Below, one piece after another: positions 33,601-42,821 of a stretch of DNA of 55,601 nt (position 1 is its first letter; each line of letters begins with the position of its first letter). Made by a program: the position numbers and the translations under genes. This DNA comes from Polyangiales bacterium. Lineage in GTDB: Bacteria > Myxococcota_A > Polyangia > Polyangiales > JAFGIB01. The stretch spans positions 1-55,601 of the forward strand of contig DASRXR010000480.1 in the NCBI GenBank assembly GCA_035687405.1, read 5' to 3'. The notes under the pieces were generated by a model. The model had not been told where the DNA came from. It ran no database searches and saw only the letters and a list, made by a program, of their open reading frames with translations.

Positions 33601-34929
33601 AGTGAGCGACGCGTAGGGAGCTGCCCGCCGCATCAACCCGTAGAGCGCATCTTCTTGCCAGTCTTCCGCCGCGCACTCCGCGACGACCTGCTGCGCGAGG
33701 ATGTCGAGCGGAGCTTCCGGCAAGCTGACCGAGTCGAGCTCACCTGCGCGAATCGAACGCAGCAGCGCCGCGCACTCCACGAGCTCATCGCGAGTCAACG
33801 GGTATAGGCGACCGACCGGAGTTCCAAAGCGCGTGTGCCCGGAACGGCCGACGCGCTGCAGCAACGTCGCGATGCTGCGCGGCGAACCGATCTGGCACAC
33901 GAGCTCGACCGGCCCGATGTCGATACCGAGCTCGAGCGACGCGGTGGCCACGACCGCACGCAGGTCGCCGGCGCGCAGCCGCGCTTCGACGCGCTGGCGC
34001 CGATCCTTCGACAAGCTTCCGTGATGCGCTGCAACCTTTTCTTCGCCGAGCCGCTCGGCGAGCTGATGCGCGAGCCGCTCCGACATGCGGCGCGTGTTCA
34101 CGAACACCAAGGTCGTGCGCCGCTGCTCGATGTGCTTCGCGATCTTCTCGAGCACGTCCGCCATCTGCTCTTTCGACACGACGGCTTCGAGCTCGGTCTC
34201 CGGCAACTCGACTTGCAGGTCGATCTCGCGGCTGTGACCGGTGTCGACGATCGAACACTCGGCGTTCGTCACGCCGATCAACAGACGTGCGATGCGATCG
34301 ATCGGCCGCTGAGTCGCCGACAAACCGATCCGCATCAGCGGAGCGGTCGCGACGTGTGCGAGCCGCTCGATCGACAGTGCGAGGTGCGCCCCGCGTTTGT
34401 CGCGAGCGAGCGCGTGGATCTCGTCCACGATCACCGTGTTCACGCCCCTCAACGCCTCGCGGCTTCGCTGCGACGTGAGCAACAAGTAGAGCGACTCCGG
34501 CGTCGTGATCATCACGTGCGGCGGATGCTTCAGCATCATCAACCGACTGCGCGCCGGTGTGTCGCCGGTCCGCAGACCCACGCGGATCTCCGGCGACGGC
34601 CAGCCGAGCTCCTTTGCGACCAGCGCGATTTCCGCCAAGGGAATCTCTAGGTTTTGATGCACGTCGACGGCGAGCGCTTTGAGCGGCGAGACGTAGATGA
34701 CTTGCGTCCCCAACTGTTCGAGCTCGCCGCTCAAGGCGGCGCGGTACAAGCGGTCGATGCACACCAGAAACGCGCTCAGTGTCTTGCCCGAACCGGTAGG
34801 TGCGGCGATCAGCGTGTGCCGCTGCGCTGCGATCTCGGGCCAGCCGCGCTCCTGTGCCGGCGTCGGCCCGTGAGGGAACCGGCGCTCGAACCAGACGCGG
34901 ACGGGCAGGGAGAACAGCTCGAGGCTCAT
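30661..34929 (-). CDS. lhr: Lhr-family ATP-dependent DEAD/DEAH-box helicase
   Basis: 1422 aa. The N-terminus is VRVWFERRFPHGPTPAQERGWPEIAAQRHTLIAAPTGSGKTL, which includes Walker A. It also has VIVDEIHAL (DExH), GLSATQ, VATASLELGIDIG and QRVGRSGH. The long C-terminal extension is typical of Lhr. Confidence 0.9.
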   Translation of the reverse strand: MSLELFSLPVRVWFERRFPHGPTPAQERGWPEIAAQRHTLIAAPTGSGKTLSAFLVCIDRLYRAALSGELEQLGTQVIYVSPLKALAVDVHQNLEIPLAEIALVAKELGWPSPEIRVGLRTGDTPARSRLMMLKHPPHVMITTPESLYLLLTSQRSREALRGVNTVIVDEIHALARDKRGAHLALSIERLAHVATAPLMRIGLSATQRPIDRIARLLIGVTNAECSIVDTGHSREIDLQVELPETELEAVVSKEQMADVLEKIAKHIEQRRTTLVFVNTRRMSERLAHQLAERLGEEKVAAHHGSLSKDRRQRVEARLRAGDLRAVVATASLELGIDIGPVELVCQIGSPRSIATLLQRVGRSGHTRFGTPVGRLYPLTRDELVECAALLRSIRAGELDSVSLPEAPLDILAQQVVAECAAEDWQEDALYGLMRRAAPYASLTWEAFQDVIELVTEGVQTGRGRRAAYVQHDRVQSRLHARRGARLSALTSGGAIPEMADYRVVAEPDETFVGTVNEDFAIESMAGDVFLLGSTSWRIMRVSAGTVRVVDAKGASPTVPFWLGEAPARTLELSAAVSNLREALDAKLGTEGLEAALQWTMAETGFDVVAARELLAYLGAVRDMLGVLPSQNKIVFERFFDDTGGMQLVVHAPFGGRVNRALGLLLRKRFCTSFDFELQAAANDDAIVLSLGPQHSFPMSDMLGFLRGSRVRESLTNAVIVTPMFGARWRWNLNRSLVVLRFRGGKKNPPPLQRMEADDVMVAVFPALAACQDNATGPREIPDHVLVRQTLDDCLNEAMDVTALEALLARIASGEVEVQFRESTEPSLLAHEILSSRPYTFLDDAPLEERRTRAVQLRRGLPVVARELGSLDPSAIARVRAEAAAQPRDRDELHDWLLWLGVAQPQAAWQAWFDHLAAERRVLTLHHGELRFWCAVERREHIAPLFPSASFEPDLQLEGAAPDLEIDDAAAFVVRGHLETLGPTTVSQLTAATGLGEDAVVAALAKLESQGFSIRGAFEAGVAGVEQWCARRLLGRIHSYTQARLRREIEPVTAQDLMRFLLRFQHVQPGTQLSGTRGVLGVIEQLQGCELAVAGWERDILASRVESYRPEWLDALCLSGQVTWGRLQVRAPRLSGARALPNRATPLSLVSRSDLNWLLEAARGPLDAVQNPDLESLPVPEGDAGLVVQALRQHGALFFSQLAACTGLPEPRVRDALWETVALGWVTADGWQALRSLLVPRAAQRSMNVPDRRRGLRRGARGAIANEGRWALLPQGAAAHSGADREELAEAVAEQLLARYGVVFRDLLVRESLALPWRDIVWALRRLEARGTVRGGRFVNGFVGEQYALPEAVDLLRQVRRQPHDGELVRLSGCDPLNLVGIVLPGPRIPALQSNSLSLRDGMLIGEEQTPLADLSEPVAEPA

Positions 34930-34951
34930 GATCGCGAGACTGTACCCCTGC

Positions 34952-36709
34952 TCAGTGGCTGCCGGCCACCGGCATTGAGGACAGGTTTGTTCCGTCAGCG
35001 AGGTTCGAGAGCAAAACCTTCAGCGTCTGGCTGAGCATACCGAGCAGTCCGCGCCCAATTTCGACCGGTTTCGTCGAGCCCACCGCGATCATTCCGAGCA
35101 CCTGCGCAGCCTCGTAGTCCCGAAGCACGATCGGTACGTCGCTCGCGCCCTCCGCCGTGACGAACAGCCCGCCCGCCGCTTCGCCTGTGACCGTCACGGA
35201 GTCCGTCTCTTCCGCGAGCACGTGTTCGATGTACTTCGCCAACTTCAGCTCGAGCGCTGGATTGAGCGGCGCGGCTCCGCACTGTGCGAGCTGCCGCAAC
35301 GTGTGACGCTCGACAACTGGTAGAGGTAGCCGCTCGCAGCTGCAGCCTCGTCGAGCACGATGCCGAGCAGTTGGCGGAATTGCTCGTCGCTTCGGGCCGG
35401 GCCGATCCCTGAACGGACTTGCGTCACGGTCAGCATGCGTTCGTGAACGTCGTTGCGAACGAGCCCGCTACCACTCCACTGCGAGAGCTGACGACGTCCG
35501 GTCGCGACGAGGCGCTCGTAGCGCGCGACCAGACCGGGGTGTTTGCCGCGCGAGTAGATGCGCTTGACCTCTTCGAGAGCGCGCTGAAATGTCGAGGTGT
35601 CCGTCTCGAGCAGGGCGATCTCCGCGACCGTCTCGTACAACGCCGCGATCGGGACCCCGTTCGGTCCGACGGCTTCGAAGTCGCGAATCGTCGCTTCGAG
35701 GCGCGCCTTCGCGGCCGCAATCGAACCCGCAGCTGCGAGCGCGCGGGCCTGCGCCGCGATCAATCGGTCCTCGTAGCGCGGGTCGAGCTGCACGCTTCGA
35801 AGCTGCGCTTCAGCGCGATCCGCACACGCACCGGCTTCGCGACTCGGTCGAGCGCGAGTCGGGCTTGCGTCTCGACCCGCGCGAGCTCGCGCCCACACGC
35901 GTGCGTGAGCGGCGGTGCGAGTGCTCGCCCGGCATGCACTTCGGCGAGCGAGCGCTCGGGCTCCGCTGCGAGGAGCAGATATTGCGCGCGCAACATGTGG
36001 AGCAGCGGTTGCGCGCCTGGAAAGCGTGCTGCGCGTGCCGTCTGCGCTTGGATCAGCTGTTTGAGGCCGAGTAGATCCGCTGCGCGATAGATCGCGACCG
36101 CTTCCCAGCGCACGCTCGTCTCGCGGTGCTGGTCGGTGAACGTGCTCTGCAGCGACAGAAGCTCGCGTTCTTCGCGCGCTCGTCGCGTGCCTTCGAAGTC
36201 CCCTTGTGAGAGCGCCGCCACGAGCCGCAGCTGCTTGCCGAGCGTGGCGTACATCGGAGCCGCTTCGAGCTCTTCGGCCGTGCCGAGTCCGCCCTCGCTG
36301 CCGCGCGATGCAAGCTCGAGCTGGATGTAAAACGAGCTCAGCGAGTACGCGCCGTTTTGCGTGATCGGATCCATGCCGGCGACGGGCTCGCTCAGCCTGC
36401 GAACGAGAGCCTGGCGTGGCTCGAGAAAGAAGCAGCCGCGCACGTCGAATCTGCGGCGGACTTCGCGAGCTAGCACACGACATCGAGTACCGGTGCGAGC
36501 CCGCGCAGTGGCTCGATCAGGCTGGGCAGCGCATCCGTCAACTGTTTGAGCGCGAGCGTCGCACCCGTCTGAATGTCAGTCGCGCGCGAGACCGAACCCA
36601 TCCCGCCTCGACCGAGGATCGCGTCGACGCGATAGCGTTCGGCAAAGACGGAGACGCCCGGCTGGTGTTCGACCACGATTGTGATCGTACGCCAGGCCGG
36701 GCGTTTCAC
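34952..36709 (-). pseudogene. decayed Ser/Thr protein kinase-like gene: kinase N-lobe stub, TPR-like region and GAF-like C-terminus, split over at least four frames
   Basis: 36470..36709 encodes ERYRVDAILGRGGMGSVSRATDIQTGATLALKQL (Gly loop plus VAIK-like Lys), then stops with no HRD or DFG motif anywhere downstream. Protein-like sequence continues in 35760..36476. It then continues in the distal half of 35245..36483 (AEAQLRSVQLDPRYEDRLIAAQARALAAAG...GIVLDEAAAASGYLYQ). It finishes in 34952..35299 (LRQLAQCGAAPLNPALELKLAKYIEHVL...). Frame switches fall near 36470, ~35820 and ~35325. Confidence 0.55.
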
Positions 36710-36775
36710 TGGCGTGCAACAAGGTAGCTCGAGCCGCCAATCTCACGCAGTCGTGCGCGGATGTAGATCGCGCGC

Positions 36776-38560
36776 TTACTTCACGCGCCCTTCTTTCCAC
36801 GCGGTCAGCAGCGTTTCATAGGGCACGGTCTCGCCCTTCGGCTTCTCGTTCGCGAGCTTCGGCTTCGGCGCGCCGGGCTGGTCGTACCAGTACTTCGCGG
36901 GCTTCGGCTCGTTCAACTTGGGCGGGCAGTTCTTCATGCCGGCGCGCTGCAACCGCGCCATCGTCTCGTCCATCTGCGTCGCGAGGTTGTCCATCGCCGC
37001 TTGCGCGGTCTTCTCGCCGGTGACTGCCAAGCTGATGTTCTGCCACCACAGCTGAGCGAGCTTCGGATAGTCGGGGACGTTAGTTCCAGTCGGTGTCCAC
37101 GCGACGCGCGCGGGGCTGCGATAGAACTCGACGAGGCCGCCGAGTTTGGGCGCGATTTTAGTCGTGTGCTCGGAGTCGAGGTCCGACTTACGAATCGGAG
37201 TCAGGCCGGTGAAGAACTTCTTCATCGACGTCGACTTCGCGATCGTGAACTGCGCGTAGAGCCACGCCATCTTGCGCTGCTCGAGCGGCGTGCTCTTCAG
37301 CATCGTCCAAGAGCCGGCGTCCTGATAGCCGAGCTTCATGCCTTCCTCCCAGTACGGCCCGTGAGGCGAGGGGGCCATGCGCCACTTCGGCGTGCCGTCT
37401 GCATTCACGACCGGCAGACCCGGCTTCGTGAGTGCTGCGGTGAACGCGGTGTACCAGAAGATCTGCTGTGCGATTTGGCCTTGGCCGGGCACCGGTCCCG
37501 CTTCCGAGAACGTCATGCCCGGAGCTTCCGGCGGCGCGTACTTCTTCAACCAGTCGAGGTACTTTTGAACCGCATACACGGCAGCGGGACCATTCACGTC
37601 GCCACCGCGTGTGACCGAAGAACCAGCCGGGTTGCAACCCTCGACGCGGATACCCCATTCATCGACCGGCTTGCCGTTCGGAATGCCTTTGTCGCCGACA
37701 CCAGCCATCGACAACCATGCGTCGGTGAAACGCCAACCGAGCGAGGGGTCCTTCTTGCCGTAGTCCATGTGACCGTAGACGCGAACGCCGTCGATCTCTT
37801 TGACCGTGTTGGTGAAGAAGTCGGCGATGTCTTCGTAGGCCGACCAGTTGACCGGCACGCCGAGCTCGTACCCGTACTTGTCTTTGAACTTCTTCTGCAG
37901 GTCTGGGCGGCTGAACCAGTCGTAGCGGAACCAGTACAGGTTCGCGAACTGCTGATCCGGGAGCTGATAGAGCTTGTCGTCCGGCGCCGTTCCGAAGCTC
38001 TTGCCGATGAAGTCATCGATGTCGAGCGTCGGCAACGTCACGTCTTTGCCTTCGCCCGTCATGAAGTCCGACAGCGGCGTGACGAACCCGTAGCGGAAGT
38101 GCGTACCGATCAAGTCACTGTCGTTGATCCACATGTCGTAGATCGTCTCGCCCGACTGCGTCGCAGTCTGGAGCTTCTCGATCACGTCGCCTTCTTGGAT
38201 CAGGTCGTGTTTGACCTTGACGCCGGTGATCTCTTCGAAGGCTTTCGCCATCGTCTTCGACTCGTACACGTGCGTGTCGATCGTCTCGGAGACCACCTTG
38301 ATCGTCTTGCCGCGATACGGCTTCGCGGCCTCGCGGAACCACTTGAATTCCTCGAGTTGCTTCTCGCGCGTCAGGCTGCTGGGCTGGAACTCCGTGTCCA
38401 CCCACTTTTCAGCCGCCTTCTCGAGCTCCGCCGAGGGATCGGGCGCGGCTTCTTGTGCCGGCGCGGCGACCTCTACCTGCTTAGGCTCCTCTTTCTTAGC
38501 GCAACCAACTGCTGCAAGCAGCAGACATACAGCGACACAACGTCTCGATAGTCGAGTCAT
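36776..38560 (-). CDS. ABC transporter substrate-binding lipoprotein (large, carbohydrate/glycerol type)
   Basis: 594 aa. Lipobox LLLAAVGC|AKKEE. The sequence is rich in W/Y/F throughout, as in family-1 extracellular solute-binding proteins. It is the last gene of the ABC operon. Confidence 0.85.
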   Translation of the reverse strand: MTRLSRRCVAVCLLLAAVGCAKKEEPKQVEVAAPAQEAAPDPSAELEKAAEKWVDTEFQPSSLTREKQLEEFKWFREAAKPYRGKTIKVVSETIDTHVYESKTMAKAFEEITGVKVKHDLIQEGDVIEKLQTATQSGETIYDMWINDSDLIGTHFRYGFVTPLSDFMTGEGKDVTLPTLDIDDFIGKSFGTAPDDKLYQLPDQQFANLYWFRYDWFSRPDLQKKFKDKYGYELGVPVNWSAYEDIADFFTNTVKEIDGVRVYGHMDYGKKDPSLGWRFTDAWLSMAGVGDKGIPNGKPVDEWGIRVEGCNPAGSSVTRGGDVNGPAAVYAVQKYLDWLKKYAPPEAPGMTFSEAGPVPGQGQIAQQIFWYTAFTAALTKPGLPVVNADGTPKWRMAPSPHGPYWEEGMKLGYQDAGSWTMLKSTPLEQRKMAWLYAQFTIAKSTSMKKFFTGLTPIRKSDLDSEHTTKIAPKLGGLVEFYRSPARVAWTPTGTNVPDYPKLAQLWWQNISLAVTGEKTAQAAMDNLATQMDETMARLQRAGMKNCPPKLNEPKPAKYWYDQPGAPKPKLANEKPKGETVPYETLLTAWKEGRVK

Positions 38561-38582
38561 GGCACCACCCCAATTTAATGAA

Positions 38583-38855
38583 CTAACCCCAACGCCCGAT
38601 CGCGATCATCAACGGCACCCAGATCGCGACGGCCAACCACTGCGACGCTTCCGTGACTCCGGCCCAGACCAGGTTCACGTAAGCGCTGAACAGTAAACCT
38701 ACGAACAAGCGGTCGCCGCGCGTCGTCGGCATCGGCAGAAGACCGCGCCGCGGATCCGAAGGCGACACTACACCCCACACCGTATACACCGCGAGTACGA
38801 GTGCAATCGCGGCGAAGAAGCCGGCGGTCGGTGGTGTCCATGCCATCCATCTCAT
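38583..38855 (-). CDS. DUF2160-like small integral membrane protein
   Basis: 90 aa: MRWMAWTPPTAGFFAAIALVLAVYTVWGVVSPSDPRRGLLPMPTTRGDRLFVGLLFSAYVNLVWAGVTEASQWLAVAIWVPLMIAIGRWG. It has three hydrophobic helices. Its position between permease and SBP genes matches the DUF2160 context I recall. Confidence 0.7.
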   Translation of the reverse strand: MRWMAWTPPTAGFFAAIALVLAVYTVWGVVSPSDPRRGLLPMPTTRGDRLFVGLLFSAYVNLVWAGVTEASQWLAVAIWVPLMIAIGRWG

Positions 38856-38864
38856 CGGCGACTC

Positions 38865-39662
38865 TCAGACGCGACCAAGCGCGAAACCCTTCGCGATGTA
38901 GTTGCGGACGAATCCAATCACGATCGCACCCGGCACGATCGTGAGCACGCCAGCGGCGGCCAACACGCCCCAATCCATACCGGCGGCGCTCACGGTGCGC
39001 GTCATCGTCGCGGCGATCGGTTTTGCTTCGACCGACGTGAGCGTGCGCGCGAGCAAGAGCTCCACCCAACTGAACATGAAGCAGAAGAATGCGGTCACGC
39101 CGATGCCGGAGCGAATCAGCGGCATGAAGATCCGAAAGAAAAACCGGCCGAACCCGTAGCCGTCGAGATAGGCCGTCTCGTCGATCTCGCGCGGAATGCC
39201 GGACATGAAACCTTCGAGGATCCAGACCGCGAGCGGGACCGTGAACAACGTGTGCGAGAGCGCAACGGCCCACGGCGTGTCGAACAAGCCGATGCTCGAA
39301 TACAGCTGAAAGAACGGCAGCAGGAACACGGCGGGCGGCGACATCCGGTTCGTCAGCAGCCAGAAGAACAAGTGCTTGTCGCCCATGAAGCGATAACGCG
39401 AAAACGCGTAGGCGCCGGGCAACGCGACGATGACCGACACGACGGTGTTGATCGTGACGTAAGTGATCGAGTTGATGTAGCCCTGATACCAATCTGGATC
39501 AGTCAGGATCGTCGCGAAATTCGCCCACGTGATCTCGGTCGGAAAGACGTGGAACGCACCGAGGATCCGCTCGTTGGTTTGGAGCGCCATCGCGACCAAC
39601 CAGTAGATCGGCACGACCGACAACAGCAGATACACGCACAGCAATACGCTCGGCATGATCAA
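38865..39662 (-). CDS. ABC transporter permease (carbohydrate type)
   Basis: 265 aa. The EAA-like loop is DETAYLDGYGFGRFFFRIFMPLIRSG. The track start is a TTG that overlaps the upstream stop. An ATG at 39656 is an alternative start. Confidence 0.9.
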   Translation of the reverse strand: MIMPSVLLCVYLLLSVVPIYWLVAMALQTNERILGAFHVFPTEITWANFATILTDPDWYQGYINSITYVTINTVVSVIVALPGAYAFSRYRFMGDKHLFFWLLTNRMSPPAVFLLPFFQLYSSIGLFDTPWAVALSHTLFTVPLAVWILEGFMSGIPREIDETAYLDGYGFGRFFFRIFMPLIRSGIGVTAFFCFMFSWVELLLARTLTSVEAKPIAATMTRTVSAAGMDWGVLAAAGVLTIVPGAIVIGFVRNYIAKGFALGRV

Positions 39663-40525
39663 TGTTCTCGAGTCATCGCCGTATAGAACACGTAGCTGAA
39701 CGAGAGAATCACCAAAAAGTAGATGATCGAAAATGCTGACGCTGGACCAAGGTCGAACTGTCCGACAGCAAGTCGCGTCAAATATTGACTCAAGAACGTC
39801 GTGGCATTGCCTGGACCGCCACCAGTCAGCACAAAAGGCTCCGTGTAGATCATAAAGCTATCCATGAAGCGCAACAGGATTGCGATTGTGAGCACGCCGC
39901 GCAGCTTCGGCAGCTCGATGTAGCGAAAGATCGCAGTGCGCGAAGCACCATCGATATGTGCCGCTTGGTAGTACGCCGGTGGGATCGCGCGCAGACCCGA
40001 GTACGACAGCAAGGCGACGAGCGGTGTCCAGTGCCAGACGTCCATGACAACGACAGTGAGCCACGCGGCGACGGGATCGGCGGTGTAGTTGTAGGCAAAC
40101 CCGAGCTTGTTGACCGTCCAGCCCAACAAGCCGATGTCGCCACGCGCGAAGATCTGCCAGATCGTGCCGACGACGTTCCAGGGAATCAGCAGCGGGATCG
40201 CGAGCACGATCAACGTGAGCGACGACCGCAAGCCCGTTGCCGGCATGCACAGCGCGACCGCCACACCGAGGGGAAGTTCGAGCACCAGGACGACCGCTGA
40301 ATAAAGCAACTGCCGCAAGAACGCGCCGTGCAGCTCGGGGTCGTTCAGGACCTTGTGGTACCACTCGCCTGCGACGAACACGCGCTGATCGGGACCGAGG
40401 ATGTCCTGTACCGAGTAGTTCACGACTGTCATCAGCGGAACCACGGCGCTGAACGCCACCATCACGACCACGGGTAACACGAGGAACCAGGCGCGCTGCT
40501 CGGTGGGTTTCGTCATGTCTGTCAC
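39659..40525 (-). CDS. ABC transporter permease (carbohydrate type)
   Basis: 288 aa. The EAA-like loop is AAHIDGASRTAIFRYIELPKLRG. The GTG at 40525 overlaps the upstream stop (GTGA). An ATG at 40516 is an alternative start. Confidence 0.9.
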   Translation of the reverse strand: MTDMTKPTEQRAWFLVLPVVVMVAFSAVVPLMTVVNYSVQDILGPDQRVFVAGEWYHKVLNDPELHGAFLRQLLYSAVVLVLELPLGVAVALCMPATGLRSSLTLIVLAIPLLIPWNVVGTIWQIFARGDIGLLGWTVNKLGFAYNYTADPVAAWLTVVVMDVWHWTPLVALLSYSGLRAIPPAYYQAAHIDGASRTAIFRYIELPKLRGVLTIAILLRFMDSFMIYTEPFVLTGGGPGNATTFLSQYLTRLAVGQFDLGPASAFSIIYFLVILSFSYVFYTAMTREH

Positions 40526-41601
40526 TCGATCAGGCGGCCACCCTGATACACGTGTGTCTGCTCATCGGGGAACTCGAGCCAGCACTCTGTTCCGAGTGCG
40601 GGCTGCTGCTCCGGCCGCGTCTTCACGTGCACTGTATGCTCGCCGAGCTCGACCGACGCAACGTTGAACCCACCGAGCTCTGCGAGTCGCTTCACGATTA
40701 CGCGCGCTGCTGCAGTCTTCGGAGGTTCTTCGGTGAGACGTAGGAACTCAGGCCGGATACCGATCTCACACTCGCCTTGCAACTTTATGGAGTCGGCTAG
40801 CTGGCGCGGTAGGCTTACAGTTTGACCTGCGATGCGCGCTGTTCCATTCGCGATCGTGCACGGCAATACATTCATGCCTGGGCTACCGATGAAGTGTCCT
40901 ACGAACGTATGTTCGGGCCGTTCGAAGAGTTCAGCGGGCGTACCCTGTTGAAGCACGTACCCTTCGCGCATGACCACGACCTGATCGGCTAGGGTCAGGG
41001 CCTCCAGCTGATCGTGGGTCACGTAGATCAACGTGACTTTGAGCTCGGCGTGAATCTCCATCAGCTTACGGCGCAGCTGCCAGCGCAAGTGCGGGTCGAT
41101 GACGGTCAGCGGTTCGTCGAGCAAGATCGCCGCGACGTCTTTGCGCACGAGACCGCGCCCGAGCGCGATGCGTTGCTTCAGATCGCCCGGTAGGCCGCTC
41201 GCCGTGCGCGAGAGCTCCGAGCTGAGATCGAGCAGGGCGGCGATTTGTTCGACGCGACTGCGGACTTCCGCTGGTTTCACGCGACGGTTGCGCAGCGGGA
41301 ACGCGAGATTGTCGAACACGGTCATCGTGTCGTAGAGCACCGGGAACTGAAACACTTGAGCCACGTTGCGTTCGCGCGGCGCGAGCGTCGTCACGTCGCG
41401 GTCGTCGATCCACACCGAGCCTTCAGTCGGCCGCAGTAACCCGGAGATGATGCCGAGCAGCGTGGATTTGCCGCAGCCCGAAGGACCGAGCAACGCGTAC
41501 GCGCCACCGTCGTCCCAGATCAGGTCGAGAGGCTGAACCGCGTAGGTCGAGTCGGTGGCGTTGTAGCGATGTGCGACACGTCGCAGTTCAATGCGAGCCA
41601 T
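40522..41601 (-). CDS. ABC transporter ATP-binding protein (MalK/UgpC-like), degenerate signature motif
   Basis: 359 aa. Walker A is GPSGCGKST and Walker B is ILLDEPL. The signature position reads GLPGDLKQRIALGR rather than LSGGQ. It has a C-terminal regulatory/TOBE-like domain. Confidence 0.9.
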   Translation of the reverse strand: MARIELRRVAHRYNATDSTYAVQPLDLIWDDGGAYALLGPSGCGKSTLLGIISGLLRPTEGSVWIDDRDVTTLAPRERNVAQVFQFPVLYDTMTVFDNLAFPLRNRRVKPAEVRSRVEQIAALLDLSSELSRTASGLPGDLKQRIALGRGLVRKDVAAILLDEPLTVIDPHLRWQLRRKLMEIHAELKVTLIYVTHDQLEALTLADQVVVMREGYVLQQGTPAELFERPEHTFVGHFIGSPGMNVLPCTIANGTARIAGQTVSLPRQLADSIKLQGECEIGIRPEFLRLTEEPPKTAAARVIVKRLAELGGFNVASVELGEHTVHVKTRPEQQPALGTECWLEFPDEQTHVYQGGRLIE

Positions 41602-42691
41602 GGCTGCTCGCTGGCGTTTGCGTTGGATTCATCGGTTCGAAGATCAACACGTGTTCGGGTGCGATGAAGAGCTCGAGCTCGGTGCCGAGCGCGTGCTGTT
41701 GGACTCCGTGGACCTGCGCAGTCCAGATCAGTGGCCCGGCCGCCGCTCGCAGCAGCGTCTCGCCGCCGTTGATCTCTTCGAGTTGGACGACCGCTTTCAC
41801 GCGTACGTCGTGCTCGCTTCGGGGACTAAACCGAACATCGTGCGCGCGAACGCCTGCCCGATACTGACCCGCCGTTAGTTTTCGCAGCGGTCCGACGGCA
41901 TCGAACACGAGCTCGGGATGCTGCGTCGCACGGGCGGAAGCCCCATCGACCGTCAGATCGAACACGTTCATCTCCGGGTCGCTGAACACCCGACCGGCGA
42001 ACTCCGTGCGCGGCGCAGCGTAGACCTCGCGCGCGGAGCCGATTTGCAGCAAGCGCCCTTCGTGCATCACCGCAACCGTGCCGCCGAACCACAACGCCTC
42101 GTTCGGCTCCGAAGTGGCGTACACGACGGACGTATCACCGCCCGTGAACAAATCTCGGAGCTCGTCTCGCAACTCCTCGCGCAGCTTGTAGTCGAGGTTT
42201 GCGAGGGGCTCGTCCAGCAGCACGAGCTTGGCCGACTTTGCGAGCGCACGCGCGATCGCGGTGCGCTGCTGCTGGCCGCCGCTGAGCTCGCCGGGCAAGC
42301 GCTGGAGCAGGTTGCCGATCCGCAAGATCTCCGCGACTTCGTGGACGCGGCGGTCGATCTCGGCGCGCGTGTGGCGCTTTTGAATGCGAAGCGGCGACGC
42401 GATGTTCTCGTAGACGCTCAGCGATGGATAGTTCACGAACTGCTGGTAGACCATCGCCACGTCGCGCGTGCGCACGTTCTGCCGAGTGACGTCGTGCCCT
42501 TGCCACAGGACGTGTCCTGAGTCGGGATGATCGAGCCCGGCCATCGCGCGCAAGAGCGAGGTCTTGCCGGAGCTCACGCGACCGAGCAACACCGTGAGTG
42601 TGCCCGGCTCGCATTGGAGCGAGACGTCCTCGAGATAGCGCTCACCGCCAACGAACTTATTGATGCCACGAAGCTCGAGTCCTGCGGTCAT
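41588..42691 (-). CDS. ABC transporter ATP-binding protein
   Basis: ORF 41588..42790, trimmed to the ATG at 42691 (MTAGLELRGINKF, 367 aa). Walker A is GRVSSGKTS, the signature is LSGGQQQRTAIARAL and Walker B is LVLLDEPL. Confidence 0.9.
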   Translation of the reverse strand: MTAGLELRGINKFVGGERYLEDVSLQCEPGTLTVLLGRVSSGKTSLLRAMAGLDHPDSGHVLWQGHDVTRQNVRTRDVAMVYQQFVNYPSLSVYENIASPLRIQKRHTRAEIDRRVHEVAEILRIGNLLQRLPGELSGGQQQRTAIARALAKSAKLVLLDEPLANLDYKLREELRDELRDLFTGGDTSVVYATSEPNEALWFGGTVAVMHEGRLLQIGSAREVYAAPRTEFAGRVFSDPEMNVFDLTVDGASARATQHPELVFDAVGPLRKLTAGQYRAGVRAHDVRFSPRSEHDVRVKAVVQLEEINGGETLLRAAAGPLIWTAQVHGVQQHALGTELELFIAPEHVLIFEPMNPTQTPASSHGSH

Positions 42692-42821
42692 TCTGCGCTC
42701 GACGGACAAGAAAGGGCGTAGCTTAGAGCGGCCGGACCGCGCAGTGTCAAGACAGACCTGCGCGATTCCTCGCTCGCAAGCTACGCCCAAGTTCGCTGAT
42801 CGCGAACGGCGTCGCGAATGG

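Noticed and set aside
35245-36483. A 412-aa ORF that could be read as an intact gene in the kinase-remnant region.
   Set aside because: Only its distal ~190 residues look protein-like. The first ~220 residues are R/A/S-rich, while a different frame (35760..36476) carries the protein-like sequence over the same DNA. This fits a frameshifted pseudogene better than an intact gene.
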